Positions 51,389 to 64,000 of a DNA stretch of 64,000 nucleotides are shown here, piece by piece; positions within the stretch are counted from its first letter, which is position 1, and the number at the start of each line of letters is the position of its first letter. The position numbers were made by a program, and so were the translations under genes. Source of the DNA: Malacoraja senta. Taxonomy: Eukaryota. Where the stretch lies: assembly GCA_038087875.1 (NCBI GenBank), contig CM075994.1, positions 9,736,001 through 9,800,000 on the forward strand. The letters are read 5' to 3'. Below the pieces are notes generated by a model. It did no database searches. It was not told where the DNA came from and saw only the letters and a list, made by a program, of their open reading frames with translations.

Positions 51389-54300
51389 ATGGCTTCGAAA
51401 GACCAGGTCGAGAGTTTAACCGAGGAGGTAGTTTGTCCCATCTGCCTGGATTTCGTCACCGATCCGGTTATACTGGAGTGTGGGCACAACTTCTGCCGCT
51501 CCTGTATCACACAGAGTTGGGACAGGGAGGCGAGAAACCCCTGCCCGGAATGTAGAGAGGAATTTGTAGACCGCACCCTCAGGGTGAATCGGGCCTTGGT
51601 TAGACTGAGAAAGCTCGAGCACTGAGCCTGAATCTCAAAGAGAAGAAAAGTAAACTTCACTGCGAGAAACATCAGGAAGAACTGAAGCTGTTTTGTGAAA
51701 CGGACAAGAAACTGATCTGATTGATTTGTGCAGCTGGGCGGGAACATAAGTCTCACAGCTTCATGCCGGTAGATGAAGCTGTTGAAATCTACAAGGTAAA
51801 AGCAAATCAATTTTGATGATTTCATCGTTTAATCTTTTCTTTATTTTCTGACATTTTTATTCTCTGATCTGAAACCCAACCCCAGGAACAGGTGAAATCT
51901 TCTTTCGAATCGCTCACAGAAAAGAAATCAGAGATCCAGCAAATGGAGCAGCAACAGAAAGAAAGCATTTCTGGAGTTCAGGTGAGGCTTTGTACTATCG
52001 ATTTAATTATTTTGTGTAGATTTTATCCCTTTGACGCGTGTAATAATGGGCACCTCTATAGAGCTCAGTGGTCGAGGACACGATATCTTGGGAGCGGCTG
52101 GGCAGCCAAGGACTTTACTCCCTGGAGCGCAGAAGTCTGAAGAATGATCTATTTATTGCAAGTGCATAATATCACGAAATGTTAGGGTGAATTCTCAGTC
52201 TTTTAACCTGAATAGGGCGTCGAGCATGCGAGGGCATAGATTTAAGGTGAGAGGGTGCAGATTTAATACGAACATTAATGGCAACTTTGTTAGTGGGTCT
52301 ATGGAATGAGCTACCAGGGGGGGGGGTAGTTGATTCAGGTACCATAACAATATTTAAATGATATTTGAACAAATTCGTGGAGAGAACATTTTAGAACCAG
52401 GTGGGCCAAATGCGGGCAGATGGAAATAGCGCAGATGGGGCGTCTTGGTCGGCATCCAGCACCCCTTGCTGCATGACTCTATGAAGTCTGTCATTCTAAG
52501 TGGTGCTGCTGTCTGCTAGTTCTGGTGACCTGGTTCTGTCCAGTGAGGGTTAATGGACACATGAAATAGAATAGGTTGCAGGGAATTGTAATGGGGAAAT
52601 GGGAATGATGTGCTTGTACATTACTTTCACCAAATATTTCAGAAGTATTAACACGAGGTCTTGAATATCCAAGGTATTGTGGATTTGAAGACTTTTGCCT
52701 CCATCACAGTGAGGAGATGCTGGGTGGACTCACTGTGGTGGATGTTAATATGTGTTTATTGTTGTTTTTATTGTATTATATGTATGACTGCTGCAATTTC
52801 GTCCAGATTTCGGTCTGAATGACAATAAAGGCATATCTATCTATCTATCTATCTATCTTGAATATCCAAGGTAATGAAAACTATGGATTAAATACAGGTA
52901 AATGGAATTAGTGCAGATACGTACAGAGCCCAACATGGGCATGTTGATCCGAGGGGCCTATTTCTGCACTTCAGGACTCGAGATTTAGTAGCCAAATGTT
53001 ATCATCCATGTCATGAGGAAACACAACAGAATGACATAATATATTGATTCTCATCTTTCATCTGACAGGAAGCGTCACGCAACCTTCAGTCACAGACCAC
53101 ATCCCAGTTTGCTGAATTGCACCAGATTCTCACTGAGAAAGAGTAGCGCGCACTCGGAGATATCCGGGAAGATGAGGCGAAGATTGTAAAAACAATGGAG
53201 AAAAATCTTCAAGAGATTCAAAAGAATTTAGATTCCATTCAGGAGGAACTCTCAAAGTTACAGGAACAGATAGACCACAAGGACGGCATGATATTTCTGA
53301 AGGTGAGGAGTTACACTACAGTTTGGTGAAGTGAAAGTGCACAGTCACAAAATGGTGTGTTAAATTTCTGAAATAAATGCTGCATTTACCAGTAAATCAG
53401 TGTTGGGTCAATGTTCCGCCTGTTCCATCTACTCACCACATCCGACAATAATGCCCCAAATTCCAGGAATCCTCATGCATTCATCCCACTTCAACTTAAA
53501 TTTATCTGCAATATTGTCTTCAGGCCACCCTGTCACTTCCACGTTCTGTTTACTGCATTTCTTGTGAAAGTTATTAAAGGCCATCTTATATTTCAGCTTT
53601 GATTTTTGGTCTCCCCACAAGTAGTGATAATATTTCCAACCCCCACCCATTTAAATCCACCGCTGATCTTAAAATATTCCATCCCATTATCTCTGACATC
53701 TTCTCCAGATAAAATCCCACGACCTGCCCGGTCTTACTCGTAAATTGCATACTCGCAGTTATTTTCATCGACATTCCTATTGCTTTCCCCCGTGTTCGAT
53801 GTCTCTACGACAATATCCACTTTCTGTTTGTGTGACAGCGGCAAAGAGTTGGGGAATGGGAATTTTCAGAGGGTTTTTTGTAGCAATTTGGTGAAATACC
53901 CGCTGTCGGGATCATGACGATCCATCTCAGTCTATTGAGATTTGTGTTTTATTTATTTCAGGAAGAAGCTGGTCGCAAGAGGAGGTAGGACATGCTTTTG
54001 ACTGAAACAATGTATGTTTTTATAGTACAGCTCAGAAAAACAGCTAATGCTCAGTTTCTAACCAGCTGTTAAATATTTGCAGGGTTAGTGATGAATCCAA
54101 ACCAATGTTGGTTGTAGATGGCGCGATGCCCATTGAAAAGTATGATCGCACCTTTTTCTACAACATGGCATTGAGAGAAACATCTGATCTCATCAACCAA
54201 GGTAAAACTAATACCTTTCCCATTGTTCTTTTTTAAGACATCTTTATGCAATAATTATATGTGAAGATTAATGGTATTAATGGACCCTGGGGGAAGCATC

Positions 54301-56273
54301 ACAGAGACAGATAGCGAAGTTTGTTTGCACTTGAACAAATCCTTGTTCCTGGGAGAATGGGTTTGCTGTGCTGGGTGAAATTGCGTAGACTAGGCCTGTG
54401 TACTCGAGAGTTCAAGTGTATTAAAGGAGAGCTCAGTGAAACACAACGTCCTTACAGGGTTCAGTGTGCTGGATGCAGGGAGGATGTTTCCCCTGTCTGA
54501 GGGGTCTGGAGTCAGCGGAAACCCTCTCAGAATGTGGGCTGGACCATTCAGGACAGAGACAAGGAGACATTACTGCACGCAGACACTGGGCAACCTTTGG
54601 AATTCCCTGCACCGGTGACTGTGGATAATCAGTCATTCAGTGCTCTTGGTGCCAGACAGCCATGGTTGTACATTACAGAGTCAGGCCCTTTGGCCCATCG
54701 CGTCCATGTTAACTTTTTTTCCCAGCCACACAAAACCCATTTTACCACATTAGATCGGTATTATTCTACACCTCATTTGCTAAATCGCAATGCCTCTTAG
54801 ATGTATTGATTACATCTGATTCCACCACCTCCCCTGGCTAAATATTACAGGTATTAACAACTCTTTGTGTGAAGAAAACTGCGTCCTCCAGTATTGATAT
54901 CCCTGCATGACAATAAGGTTTTGATGATCCAGCCTCTATCCTGCTGCAGACTTTGACAGACTACCTTGGTATCCACAACATTACCCGGTCTACACAAACT
55001 TAGTGGTCACACCTCCTACATTCACATCCAAGCCATGAAAACATAAAATAAACAGCAAAGGTTGCAGCACCGATCTCTGCTGCACACTACCATTCACAGG
55101 CCTGCAGGCAGCAAAATCATCCTTCCAGCGCTACCTTCTACCTCCAACCACCAAGCCAATTGTAGGTCCATTCTACCAACACGTCTTGGATCCCACCTGC
55201 CTTCGCTTTCTGGATCAGCCTTACATGCAAAACAGAATGTTCTTGGTTGTACAGACGCATCAAATCCCCCCTCCACTATAGAAAGCAAGTAAACAGTAGC
55301 AGATTGCCTCGCCCGTCCAGTCCACTCCCGTTCAATATGATCACGGCAACTCCACCCCACATCTCTACATCCTCTTTAACCACCTCTAGTTACAACTCAC
55401 ATCCGGCTCCTCATCTTCCAATCTGCCTCTCCCTCGCCATCTACTGGCAAGATATTTAAATACACGCCTTATTTCTCCATCTCCACCCGCAATGTCTCGC
55501 TCATCCTCATTTTCCGCATTTGTTTTCCCCGTCCGCACGACCCGCCCCCTCCCGTTCCCGATAACCCGCAGAATTCTCCCTCTCCTGCCCGGTTGACAAA
55601 CTCCCGGAAAGATGCCTGTTGTCCATTCGATGTGGTTGGGGTGAAACCCCGGGAAAGGTTTCAGTTGTCCGCCCGCCTGTGCCCGGGTCTCCCCCCGACC
55701 CCCGGGGACTGACTCTCTGATTCTCTGCTTCTCCCCCTAGTCTCCGTCACCCTGGATGTGGAAACAGCGCATCCGGAACTCGATGTGTCTGAGGATCGGA
55801 AGAGGGTGAGATGTACCGGGACCCAGAGGAGTCTCCCTGACACCGGGAAGAGGTTTACATACTGGGAGTGTTTGCTGGGATCGGAGGGATTCACATCGGG
55901 GAGACATTACTGGGAGGTGGAGGTGGCGGGGAGTCGGTTGTGGAGTCTGTGAGTCGCCTCAGAGTCTGTGGAGAGGAAAGGAGAGGACGAGCTGACCCCG
56001 GAGACTGGAGTCTGGAGCATCGAGCGGTGGAGTGACGTGTTTGTTGCACTCACCTCCCCTCCATCCCCTCTCCCCGCCCGTCCCATCCCCGGGAGGGTTG
56101 GAGTTTATCTCAGTTACGAGTCCAGGACAGTTTCATTTTACGACGCGGACACCAAGTCCCATCTCCACACCTTCACTGGGAATAAATTCACGGAGAAGCT
56201 TTATCCTTACTTCAGGACTTGGGATGAAAACCAGTGGCTGAGAATCTGCTCCGGTTCCGCTCCGGGTGTGTAA
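51389..56273 (+). pseudogene. TRIM39/TRIM27-like RING-Bbox2-coiled coil-PRY/SPRY (B30.2) pseudogene; exons 51389-51795, 51886-51981, 53069-53302, 53962-53984, 54083-54201, 55741-56273
   Basis: RING CPICLD..CGHNFC..C..CPEC; B-box [41 protein letters not shown] introns; frameshift near 51607; stops at 51718-51720, 53144-53146 and 55950-55952. Confidence 0.92.
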
Positions 56274-56802
56274 AAGGGTCGGGTCCCGGGACCGGCGTCA
56301 GGAGCGGGGCTCAGGGGCTGTGGGGTAGAAACCCGGTGGACAACAGGTCGGCGCTGAACGAACGGCTCCCATTTAATCCCCAAATTCCGCGGCGTGAAAC
56401 CCCAGTGAGTGCGGAAATAAAACCAGGGGGAATGTAAATGTGGGAAGAGTGAAATAAACAGCAACTGAAGTCAGAGCTGTCTGTCGATCCGTTCATTTTA
56501 ACGCGTTAACCGCGTCCGGCAACGGAACAGAAATTACTTTTATGAAAATATAAAGATTGAAACAATCTCCCTTCCCGCGGGTTCTGCAGCAGCCGCGGGC
56601 GGCGGGTCCTGAGCTCCGGGCTCCCCCGCGTCCTAAAGTCCGCCGACTCTTCAGATTTATATCGTGTTTGCAGCATTTGCTCTCCACACAACAGATTTGT
56701 TTTCCTCGGAACGGATCTTTGGAAGAATGGGTTCAAACCGAATACCCGGTTCCAGGTGGGAGCCCGTTGCGCTCAGGCTCTGCCTGTCTCTCTGTAGGAT
56801 AC

Positions 56803-56962
56803 TGTTGTGTATTTGGTACTTGGAGCTGACTTTAAATAACACTCAGACACGGGAGTGAAACTAACAAGCTTCTTAATTCCAGGACGCCACCTTGAGTCGT
56901 TCCTGCACATGCGTACTATTGCGCAAGACATCAAATATGTTAATTACATTACATACCTAACA
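56803..56962 (-). mobile_element. Putative 160-bp 3' LTR preceded by a polypurine tract
   Basis: Inverted termini TGTTAGGTAT / TGTTGTGTAT; PPT AAAGGGGGAGGAG immediately 5' on the minus strand. Confidence 0.65.
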
Positions 56963-57224
56963 CTCCTCCCCCTTTAACATGGAGGCAGGTAACACCATTT
57001 CTATTACATACACAGCACTCCTCCCCTTTTAACTCAATTTCACCTTCACGGTATATGCTCTTTACCTAACATATAATTGATTAATATCGGTTGCAAAATT
57101 GTATTATTACAGTCATCTTACAATACATCCTCATAACTGGAATAACCATATCTAAACTTAGCACTTATACTTTTTTCATTCAACGCATCTTCCTTAAACA
57201 AAATATATTATCCCTTGCTTTATG

Positions 57225-57585
57225 TGTTATCCTTTTCCGTTCCCTTATGTGTAAATTGCGCACTCTTTTGAATCGCTCTATCTCTGCCTGTATCTCTGCC
57301 TCTTCCTATTTTTAAATGTACTAATCTAATTTTGCAGATTTTTTCCTGTTCCTGTTCATTATTTGTAAGTGGCAGCTGACACATGGCTGCAGGTTTTCGT
57401 TTTGTTAGCGGCTTCCTTTGTCGCTCAATTTCCTCGCGCTGCGTATGTATCTGCTCTTGCTGTTTAATGAGATTCTGCAATGCATAACCATTTGTCCATT
57501 GCTCAGTGAAGGAGGCTCCATACTGGAGTATAGTGAAGTGTCTTAGTCGCAATCGGTCCTGCATTCTTTTGTCTCGACTGACAAG
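57225..57585 (-). pseudogene. Intronless tousled-like kinase (TLK2-like) fragment
   Basis: MQDRLRL.HFT...[31 protein letters not shown]...RKP, then after a frameshift [22 protein letters not shown]. Confidence 0.88.
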
Positions 57586-57730
<145 letters not shown>

Positions 57731-59020
57731 GCCCACGATGCTTATGCTGAGCACGATGTCAAGACCATCTCTTATCCAGAAACAAGGACCTGCAGACGCT
57801 GGTTTACACAGAAGGAGACAGAGTGCTGGAGTAACCCAGCGGGTCAGGCAGCATCTCCAGGGATCATGGAACAGAGAACATTTCGGCAAAGCCGCCCTTC
57901 TCGAGCCGAACCGTCACCCATCCACGTTCTCCAGAGATGCTGCCTGTCCCGCTGAGTTACTCCAGCATTTTGTTGTGTTTTTCTTCGGTTTAAACCAGCA
58001 CCTGCAGTTCCTTCTCACATATTAGAAAATAAAAAGATGACAAACATATATTGTTGGGTGGGCGGCGCGACTAACGTCGCAGCGGCCTCTGCAGTCCATC
58101 TGTCTTTTTTATTTTTTTTGTTTTCGTTTGAGTTTTGTTTATAGTATTTTTTTAACTGGGTATTTGTGGGGTGCGGGGGGCGGGGGTGGGAGGGGGTAGG
58201 GTGGGGGGAACTGTTAAAATCTTTTCCCTGCACGGGAGACCAGACCTTTCTCAGTCGGGTCTCCGTTGTCGTTGGGGCCTAGCACCGCACCGTGGAGCGG
58301 CCTCCAACCGGGACGACCTGGGGCTCCAGTCGCGGAGCCTGCGGACTACTCACCATCGTGGAGCTGGCCGAGTTCGGAGCGTGGAGAGCTGCGGTGACGC
58401 GCGGCTGCGACCCGACCCCGGAGATTCGGAGGCTCCAGCCGCTGGTCTGGTGGACGGTGACATCGGGAGCTCGCGGCTCCTTGGTGGGAGACCGCTTTTC
58501 GGGGCTCCCGCAACGGCAACTTCTCCCGCCCGAGTTGCGGGGTTGAAGATGACCTGGAGCGGGGTCTTACATCGCCCGGCGCGGGTTTACATGGCCGCTG
58601 GACTTGCTAGCGCCTGCCGGGGGCTCCAACATCAAGACCCGGAGCGCGGCCTTGCATCGCCCGGGTTGGCTTTAATGGCCGCGGGATATATTTCCCATCG
58701 CCCGCCGGGGGCTTTGACTTTGACATCAGGAGGAGAATGTGGAGTGCAGGGGAGAGATAAGACTTTGCCTTCCATCACAGTGAGGAGGAGATTCACTGTG
58801 ATGGATGTTTGTGTAAATTGTGTTGTGTCTTGGTTCTTTTTACTTGTCTGTATGACTGCAGAAACCAAATTTCGTTTGAACTTCATTTGAGGTTCAAATG
58901 AGAATAAGCGGTATTGTATTGTATTGTGTAAAGTTGAATCAATTATTTTGAGAATAACAATCGACCTGTTATGTACCATAACAAAAGTGACCTGCTGATA
59001 ATAACCTTGGGGAAGGATGG

Positions 59021-59096
59021 GACACAGAGAGACAGAGAGAGACAGAGACAGAGACAGAGAGAAAGACAGAAAGAGAGGCAAAGAGACAGAGAGACA

Positions 59097-59138
<42 letters not shown>

Positions 59139-59545
59139 GTGACAGAGAGGGGGTGAGAAAGGGACAGAGAGAGAGACAGAGAGAGAGAGATACAGAGAGA
59201 GACAAAGAGACAGAGAGAGACAGAGAGAGAGACAGAGAGAGAGAGACAGAGAGAGAAACTGAGAGAGAGAGACAGAGAGAGAGAGAGACAGAGAGAGACA
59301 GAGAGAGAGAGACAGAGAGAGAGAGACAGAGAGAGAGACACAGAGCGAGAGAGAGACAGAGAGAGAGAGAGACAGAGAGAGACAGAGAGAGAGACACAGA
59401 GAGAGAGACACAGAGAGAGACACAGAGAGAGAGACACAGAGAGAGAGAGACACAGAGAGAGAGAGACACAGAGAGAGAGACACAGAGAGAGAGACACAGA
59501 GAGAGAGACACAGAGAGAGAGACACAGAGAGAGACACACACTGAG
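59021..59545. repeat. (GA)/(GACA) compound microsatellite
   Basis: Direct tandem repeats. Confidence 0.95.
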
Positions 59546-59814
59546 AGACTCTCTGGAATAAAAGCATCTGATTAAGAAGCATACAACGAACTCCCCGCTC
59601 TGTGTGTCTACAGTCTGCGCTTGGCAAGACTGATTACTGATGACAAGGGTAATCACAGCTAACGTGGCGCTGACTGGCCCGCACCTGCCGCCGCCGCCTC
59701 GCCAATGTTTAATTAATGAATCCTATTGACAGTGTGACTGACACACGCTGTTCCGGCCACTGTTTATACATCAGAAGTGTTAGTAACAACAGCAGTACTG
59801 TGGCACAGTGGATT

Positions 59815-60690
59815 CTCTCCCCCCTTGATCTCTCCCTCTCTCTCTCCCGCTTTCTCTCCCACCCTCTCCACTCTCTCTCTCTCCTTTCTCTTTCTCACTC
59901 TCTCTCTCCCCATTCTCTCCCTCTCCTTTCCCTCTCTCCCTATTTCTCCCTCTCTCCCCTCTCTCTCTCCTTTCTCTTTCTCCCTCTCTCACCTCTTTCT
60001 CTTTCTCCCCCATCTCTCTCTACTCTTTCTCTCTCCCTTTCCCTCTCCCCCATTCTCTCTCTCCCTCTCCTTTCCCCCTCTCCTTTCTCTTTCTCCCTCT
60101 CGTCTCCCTCTCCCCGTTCTCTCTCTCTCTCTCCTAATCCCATTTCTCTTTCTCACTCCTCTCTCTGTCCCTCTCCTTTCCCCTCCCTCTCTCCTTTCTC
60201 TCTCCCTCTCTCTTTACTCTCTCCATTTACCTTTTTCTCTTTCACTCTCCCTCTCCCTCTCTCTTTCTCCCCGCCCCCTTCTCTCCCTCTCCCCTTTCTT
60301 TCTCCCCCTCCCTCTGTCTCTCCATTCCCTCTCTCCCCCTCTCATTTCTCTTTCCCCTCTTTCTCTCCCTCTCTCTCCCCCCCTCTCCCCCCTCTCTCTC
60401 TTCCTCCCTTCTCCCTCTCTTTCTCTCTACCCCCCTTATCTCTTTCCCCTCCCCCTTCACTCATTCCTTTTCCCCTCTCCCTCCCTCTCCCCTTTCTCGT
60501 TCTCTCTCTCTCCTTTCCCTTTCCCCTTCTCTCTTTCCCCTTCTCTCTTTCTCACCCCACCTCTCTCTCCCTCTCCTTTCCGTCTCTCTTTCACCCTCTC
60601 CTTTCTCCTTTTCTCTCCCCCTCCCTCTCTCTCTCTCTCTCCCCTCCACCCTCCGCACAAACTCACACTCTCTCTCTCTCTCTCTCTCAC
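59815..60690. repeat. Polypyrimidine low-complexity tract
   Basis: C/T-rich composition over about 870 bp. Confidence 0.93.
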
Positions 60691-60694
60691 TCAC

Positions 60695-61053
60695 CCAGTG
60701 CGGCCGGTTGCGGACCGTCCAGGACCGGGGGCGGTCCCTTGAGCCCCGGGCCGGGGTTGCGGGCTGTCCAGCGGCGGTTCTCCGGACCCCGGCTCCGGCC
60801 CCTCGCCGAGCGCCCTCCTGACGCCGGCCAGCAGCCGTGGGAAAGTGATGCGACCCCCGGGCCCGGCCGCCCTCCGGAGGCAGGGGATGAGGCCGCTGCC
60901 GCTGTCCGGCCAGCAGCTCTCCAACACCGGCAGCTCCGGCCACCCCCGACCGCCCTGCTGCTGCTCCAGGATGTCGTGCAGAGTTCGCAGGCGGCGCTGG
61001 AAACCCTGTCCCACCTGCGTCTCCCCGGCGCGGCTCACTCCCGGCGAAGACAT
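60695..61053 (-). CDS. SAPCD-family (suppressor APC domain-containing) first coding exon, 359 bp
   Basis: FQRRLRTLHDILE...LESCW...LRRAAGPGGRITFPRLLAGVRRAL resembles the SAPCD2 N-terminus (FLQSLRTLFDILD...IESRW...LRQVAPASGYLTFERFVAGLRTSL); ATG at 61053, GTGAGT donor at 60694; phase 2. Confidence 0.78.
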
Positions 61054-61200
61054 CAGTCTCCCCGGCTCACGGTCCGCAGCCTGGGCTCCGGCCGCCGGAC
61101 AGCAGCCTCACCCGGCCCCTGGTCGGCAAAGTCACACTGACTGCCCGCCTGGCCCCAGTGAGGCACAGAGCCGCCCGCACTGACCACTGCTCTGTGGCAC
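60695..61200 (-). promoter_or_regulatory. CpG-island-like region over the SAPCD-like first exon and 5' UTR
   Basis: Very high GC and CpG density compared with the flanks. Confidence 0.55.
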
Positions 61201-61269
61201 TGACTCCCACACTGACTGACACACGGGGAGGGGGAGGAGAGAGAAAGGGGTGGAGAGAGAGGGGGAGAG

Positions 61270-61536
61270 TTAAAGAAGGAACTGCAGATGCTGGAAAATC
61301 GAAGGTAGACAAAAATGCTGGAGAAACTCAGCGGGTGCAACAGCATCTATGGAGCGAAGGAAATAGGCAACGTTTCGGGCCGAAACCCTTCTTCAGACTG
61401 ATAGGGGGTGGGGAGAAGAAAGGGGAAAAGGCGGAGGAGGAGCCCGAGGGCTGAGGGATGGGAGGAGACAACCGGAGGGCTGAGGAAGGGGAGGAGACAG
61501 CAACGGCTAGCAGATTTGGGAGAATTCAATGTTCAT
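61270..61536 (-). mobile_element. Penelope-like pseudo-LTR with hammerhead-like core
   Basis: MNIEFS remnant; CTGAAGA-AGGGTTTCGGCCC-GAAAC-GTT at about 61396->61369. Confidence 0.75.
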
Positions 61537-62089
61537 AGAGAGAGAGGGGGAGTTGGCAGGAGAATGAGAGAGGAGAGGATGGAGAAAGAGAGAGCGAGAG
61601 AGAGAAAGAGCGCAGGAGAATGAGAGAGAGGGGGGGAGAGAAAAAGGCAGGAGAATGAGGGGGGAGAGAGAGAATGAGAGAGAGGGCAGGAAAATGAAAG
61701 GGAGGGGTGGCGAGAGAGAGAGAGAGGACAAAAAAAAACAGAAAGGAGAAAGGAGAGAGAGAGGGGGGCGGAAAGGGAGACAGAGAACGAGAGGGCAGGT
61801 GAGAGACAGAGAGACAGAGAGACAGAGAGAGAAAGACAGAGACAGAGAGAGAGAGACAGCGACAGAGAGAGACAGAGACAGAGACAGAGACAGAGACAGA
61901 GACAGAGACAGAGACAGAGACAGAGACAGAGACAGAGACAGAGAGAGACAGAGAGAGAGAGATGTCACCGTTCTGTCAGACACACTGCGTCTCTGGGGTC
62001 GTGTACACTAAGACCAGCTGTGTGATTACTGAACCAACTGATGTGCTTATTACTTACTCCGCCGAGCTGACACATTTGGAGGTGGAGGA

Positions 62090-63815
62090 TAAATGCGTGG
62101 CTGAGGAACTGGCGCAGCGGGCAGGGATTCAAATCTCTGGATCATTGGAACCTCTTTTGGGGAAGGTGTGACCTGTACAGAAAGGACGGGTTGCACTTGA
62201 ACCCGAGGGGGACCAATATCCTGGCGGGGAGATTTGCAAAGGCTACTGGGGAGACTTTAAACTAGAACGGTTGGGGGGAGGGACTCGAATAGAGAAAGCT
62301 AGTGGACAATGTGGGAGGCAGGAGGCAGAGAAGGGAAGCACTCGGACCAAACATGTAGGGGAGAAAGAAGAAAAAGATAATAAACAGAGAATAAGTGGTG
62401 GTGGGTTTCTTAAATGTATATATTTTAATGCTAGGAGCATTGTAAGAAAGGTGGATGAGCTTAGAGCCTGGATTGACACCTGGAAGTATGATGTTGTGGC
62501 GATCAGTGAAACATGGTTGCAGGAGGGCTGTGATTGGAAACTAAATATTCCAGGATTTCGTTCCTTCAGGGGTGATAGAATTGGAGGGGCAAGAGGTGGG
62601 GGTGTTGCATTGCCTGTCAAGGAAGATATTACAGCAGTGCTTTGGCAGGATAGATTAGAGGGCTCGTCTAGGGAGGCTATTTGGGTGGAACTGAGAAATG
62701 TGAAAGGTGTAGCAATACTTATAGGGGTGTATTATAGACCGCCAAATGGGGAGCGAGAATTGGAAGAGCAAATATGTAAGGAGATAGCAGATATTAGTAG
62801 TAAGCACAAGGTAGTGATCGTGGGAGATTTCAATTTTCCACACATAGACTGGGAAACACATGCTGTAAAAGGGCTGGATGGTTTGGAGTTTATAAAATGT
62901 GTGCAGGATAGCTTTTTGCAGCAATACATAGAAGGGGCAGTGCTGGACCTCCTGTTAGGAAATGAGACATGGCAGGTGGCGGAGGTAAGCGTCGGGGAGC
63001 ACTTCGGGTCCAGTGATCAGAATACCATTAGTTTCAATATAATTATGGAGAGGGTCAGAACTGGACCTAGGGTTGAGATTTTTGATTGGAGAAAGGCTAA
63101 CTTTGAGGAGATGCGAAAGGATTTAAAAGGAGTGAATTGGGACATGTTGTTTTATGGGAAGGATGTAGAAGAGAAATGGAGGACATTTAAAGGTGACATT
63201 TTAAGAGTACAGAATCTTTATGTCCCTGTTCGGTTGAAAGGATATAGTAAAAATTGGAAAGAGCCATGGTTTTCAAGGGAAATTGGACACTTGGTTCGGA
63301 AAAAGAGAGAGATCTACAATAATTATAGGCAGCATGGAGTAAATGAGGTGCTTGAGGAGTATAAAGAATGTAAAAAGATTATTAAGAAAGAAATTAGAAA
63401 AGCTAAAAGAAGATATGAGGTTGCTTTGGCAAGTAAGGTGAAAGTAAATCCAAAGGGTTTCTACGGCTATATTAATAGCAAAAGGATAACAAGGAATAAA
63501 ATTGGTCCATTAGAGAGTCAGAGTGGACAGCTATCTGCAGAGCGAAAAGAGATGGGGGAGATATTGAACAATTTCTTTTCTTCGGTATTCACCAAGAAGA
63601 AGGATATGGAATTATGTGAGGTAAGGGAAACCAGCAGAGTAGCAATGGAAACTGTGAGATTCAAAGAAGAGGAGGTTCGGTCACTGTTGAAAAATATGAA
63701 AACGGATAAGTCTCCAGGTCCTGACAGGGTATTCCCTAGGACATTGAGGGAAGTTAGTGTAGAAATAGCAGGGGCTATGACAGAAATAGTTCAAATGTCA
63801 TTAGAAACGGGAATA
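62090..63815 (+). mobile_element. CR1/HER1 LINE internal fragment: end of ORF1 esterase plus ORF2 APE endonuclease, degenerate
   Basis: LYRKDGLHLNPRGTNILA (SGNH); FNARSI, VAISETWL, GGGVA, GVYYRPP, GDFNFP; KSPGPD near 63710. Confidence 0.9.
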
Positions 63816-63816
63816 G

Positions 63817-64000
63817 CCATTTGTGATCAATGTCAATCTCATGAAGCTACTATAGCGCACTCATTTGTTTTCTGTACAAAAATTCAAAAATTTTGGATTG
63901 AAATTTTTGAAATCTTTACAAAATTATTTAAAATAAAACTGATACCCAAAGCAGAATGGATAACCTTCGGAACAACGGAAGATAGTCCAGAACTAAATGT
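63817..64000 (+). mobile_element. L1/Tx1-clade ORF2 C-terminal fragment
   Basis: CDQCQSHEATIAHSFVFCTKIQKFW (CCHC knuckle). Confidence 0.7.

Noticed and set aside
57220..57564. Functional TLK exon
   Set aside because: Internal deletion, frameshift and stop, no convincing splice sites and no other TLK exons
58632..61140. Leu/Ser-rich ORFs of 237-474 aa
   Set aside because: Translations of (GA)n and CT-rich low-complexity DNA and of the antisense strand of the SAPCD-like exon

Overview
Repeat-dense vertebrate DNA. The HER1/CR1 LINEs, HE1-like V-SINEs, Penelope remnants and RBCC-B30.2 TRIM style suggest a cartilaginous fish such as a skate or ray (inference). The minus strand carries ten spliced exons of ABHD16A/BAT5 (27837->4433), including the WSIGG nucleophile exon; one exon has an apparent +1 frameshift. 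A 200-N gap follows (29667-29866). Beyond it lie two exons of a FAM102/EEIG-family gene (32349-32229 and 30096-30067) and a CpG-rich first exon resembling the SAPCD2 N-terminus (61053-60695). The plus strand carries a six-exon TRIM (RING-Bbox-coiled coil-PRY/SPRY) pseudogene (51389-56273). This gene set points to the MHC class III region. No SAPCD downstream exons and no FAM102 exon 1 were found in the 28 kb between them, yet the two exons are splice-phase compatible, so a SAPCD-FAM102 chimeric gene is possible. Notable mobile DNA: a rearranged Gypsy with inverted LTRs and a perfect 18-nt tRNA-Leu PBS, a TLK cDNA fragment upstream of a PPT+LTR, a tandemly duplicated Rex1/Babar LINE in (TG)n, hammerhead-like cores in Penelope repeats, and several MITEs and minisatellites. 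All homology calls come from recalled protein or repeat sequences, not database searches.
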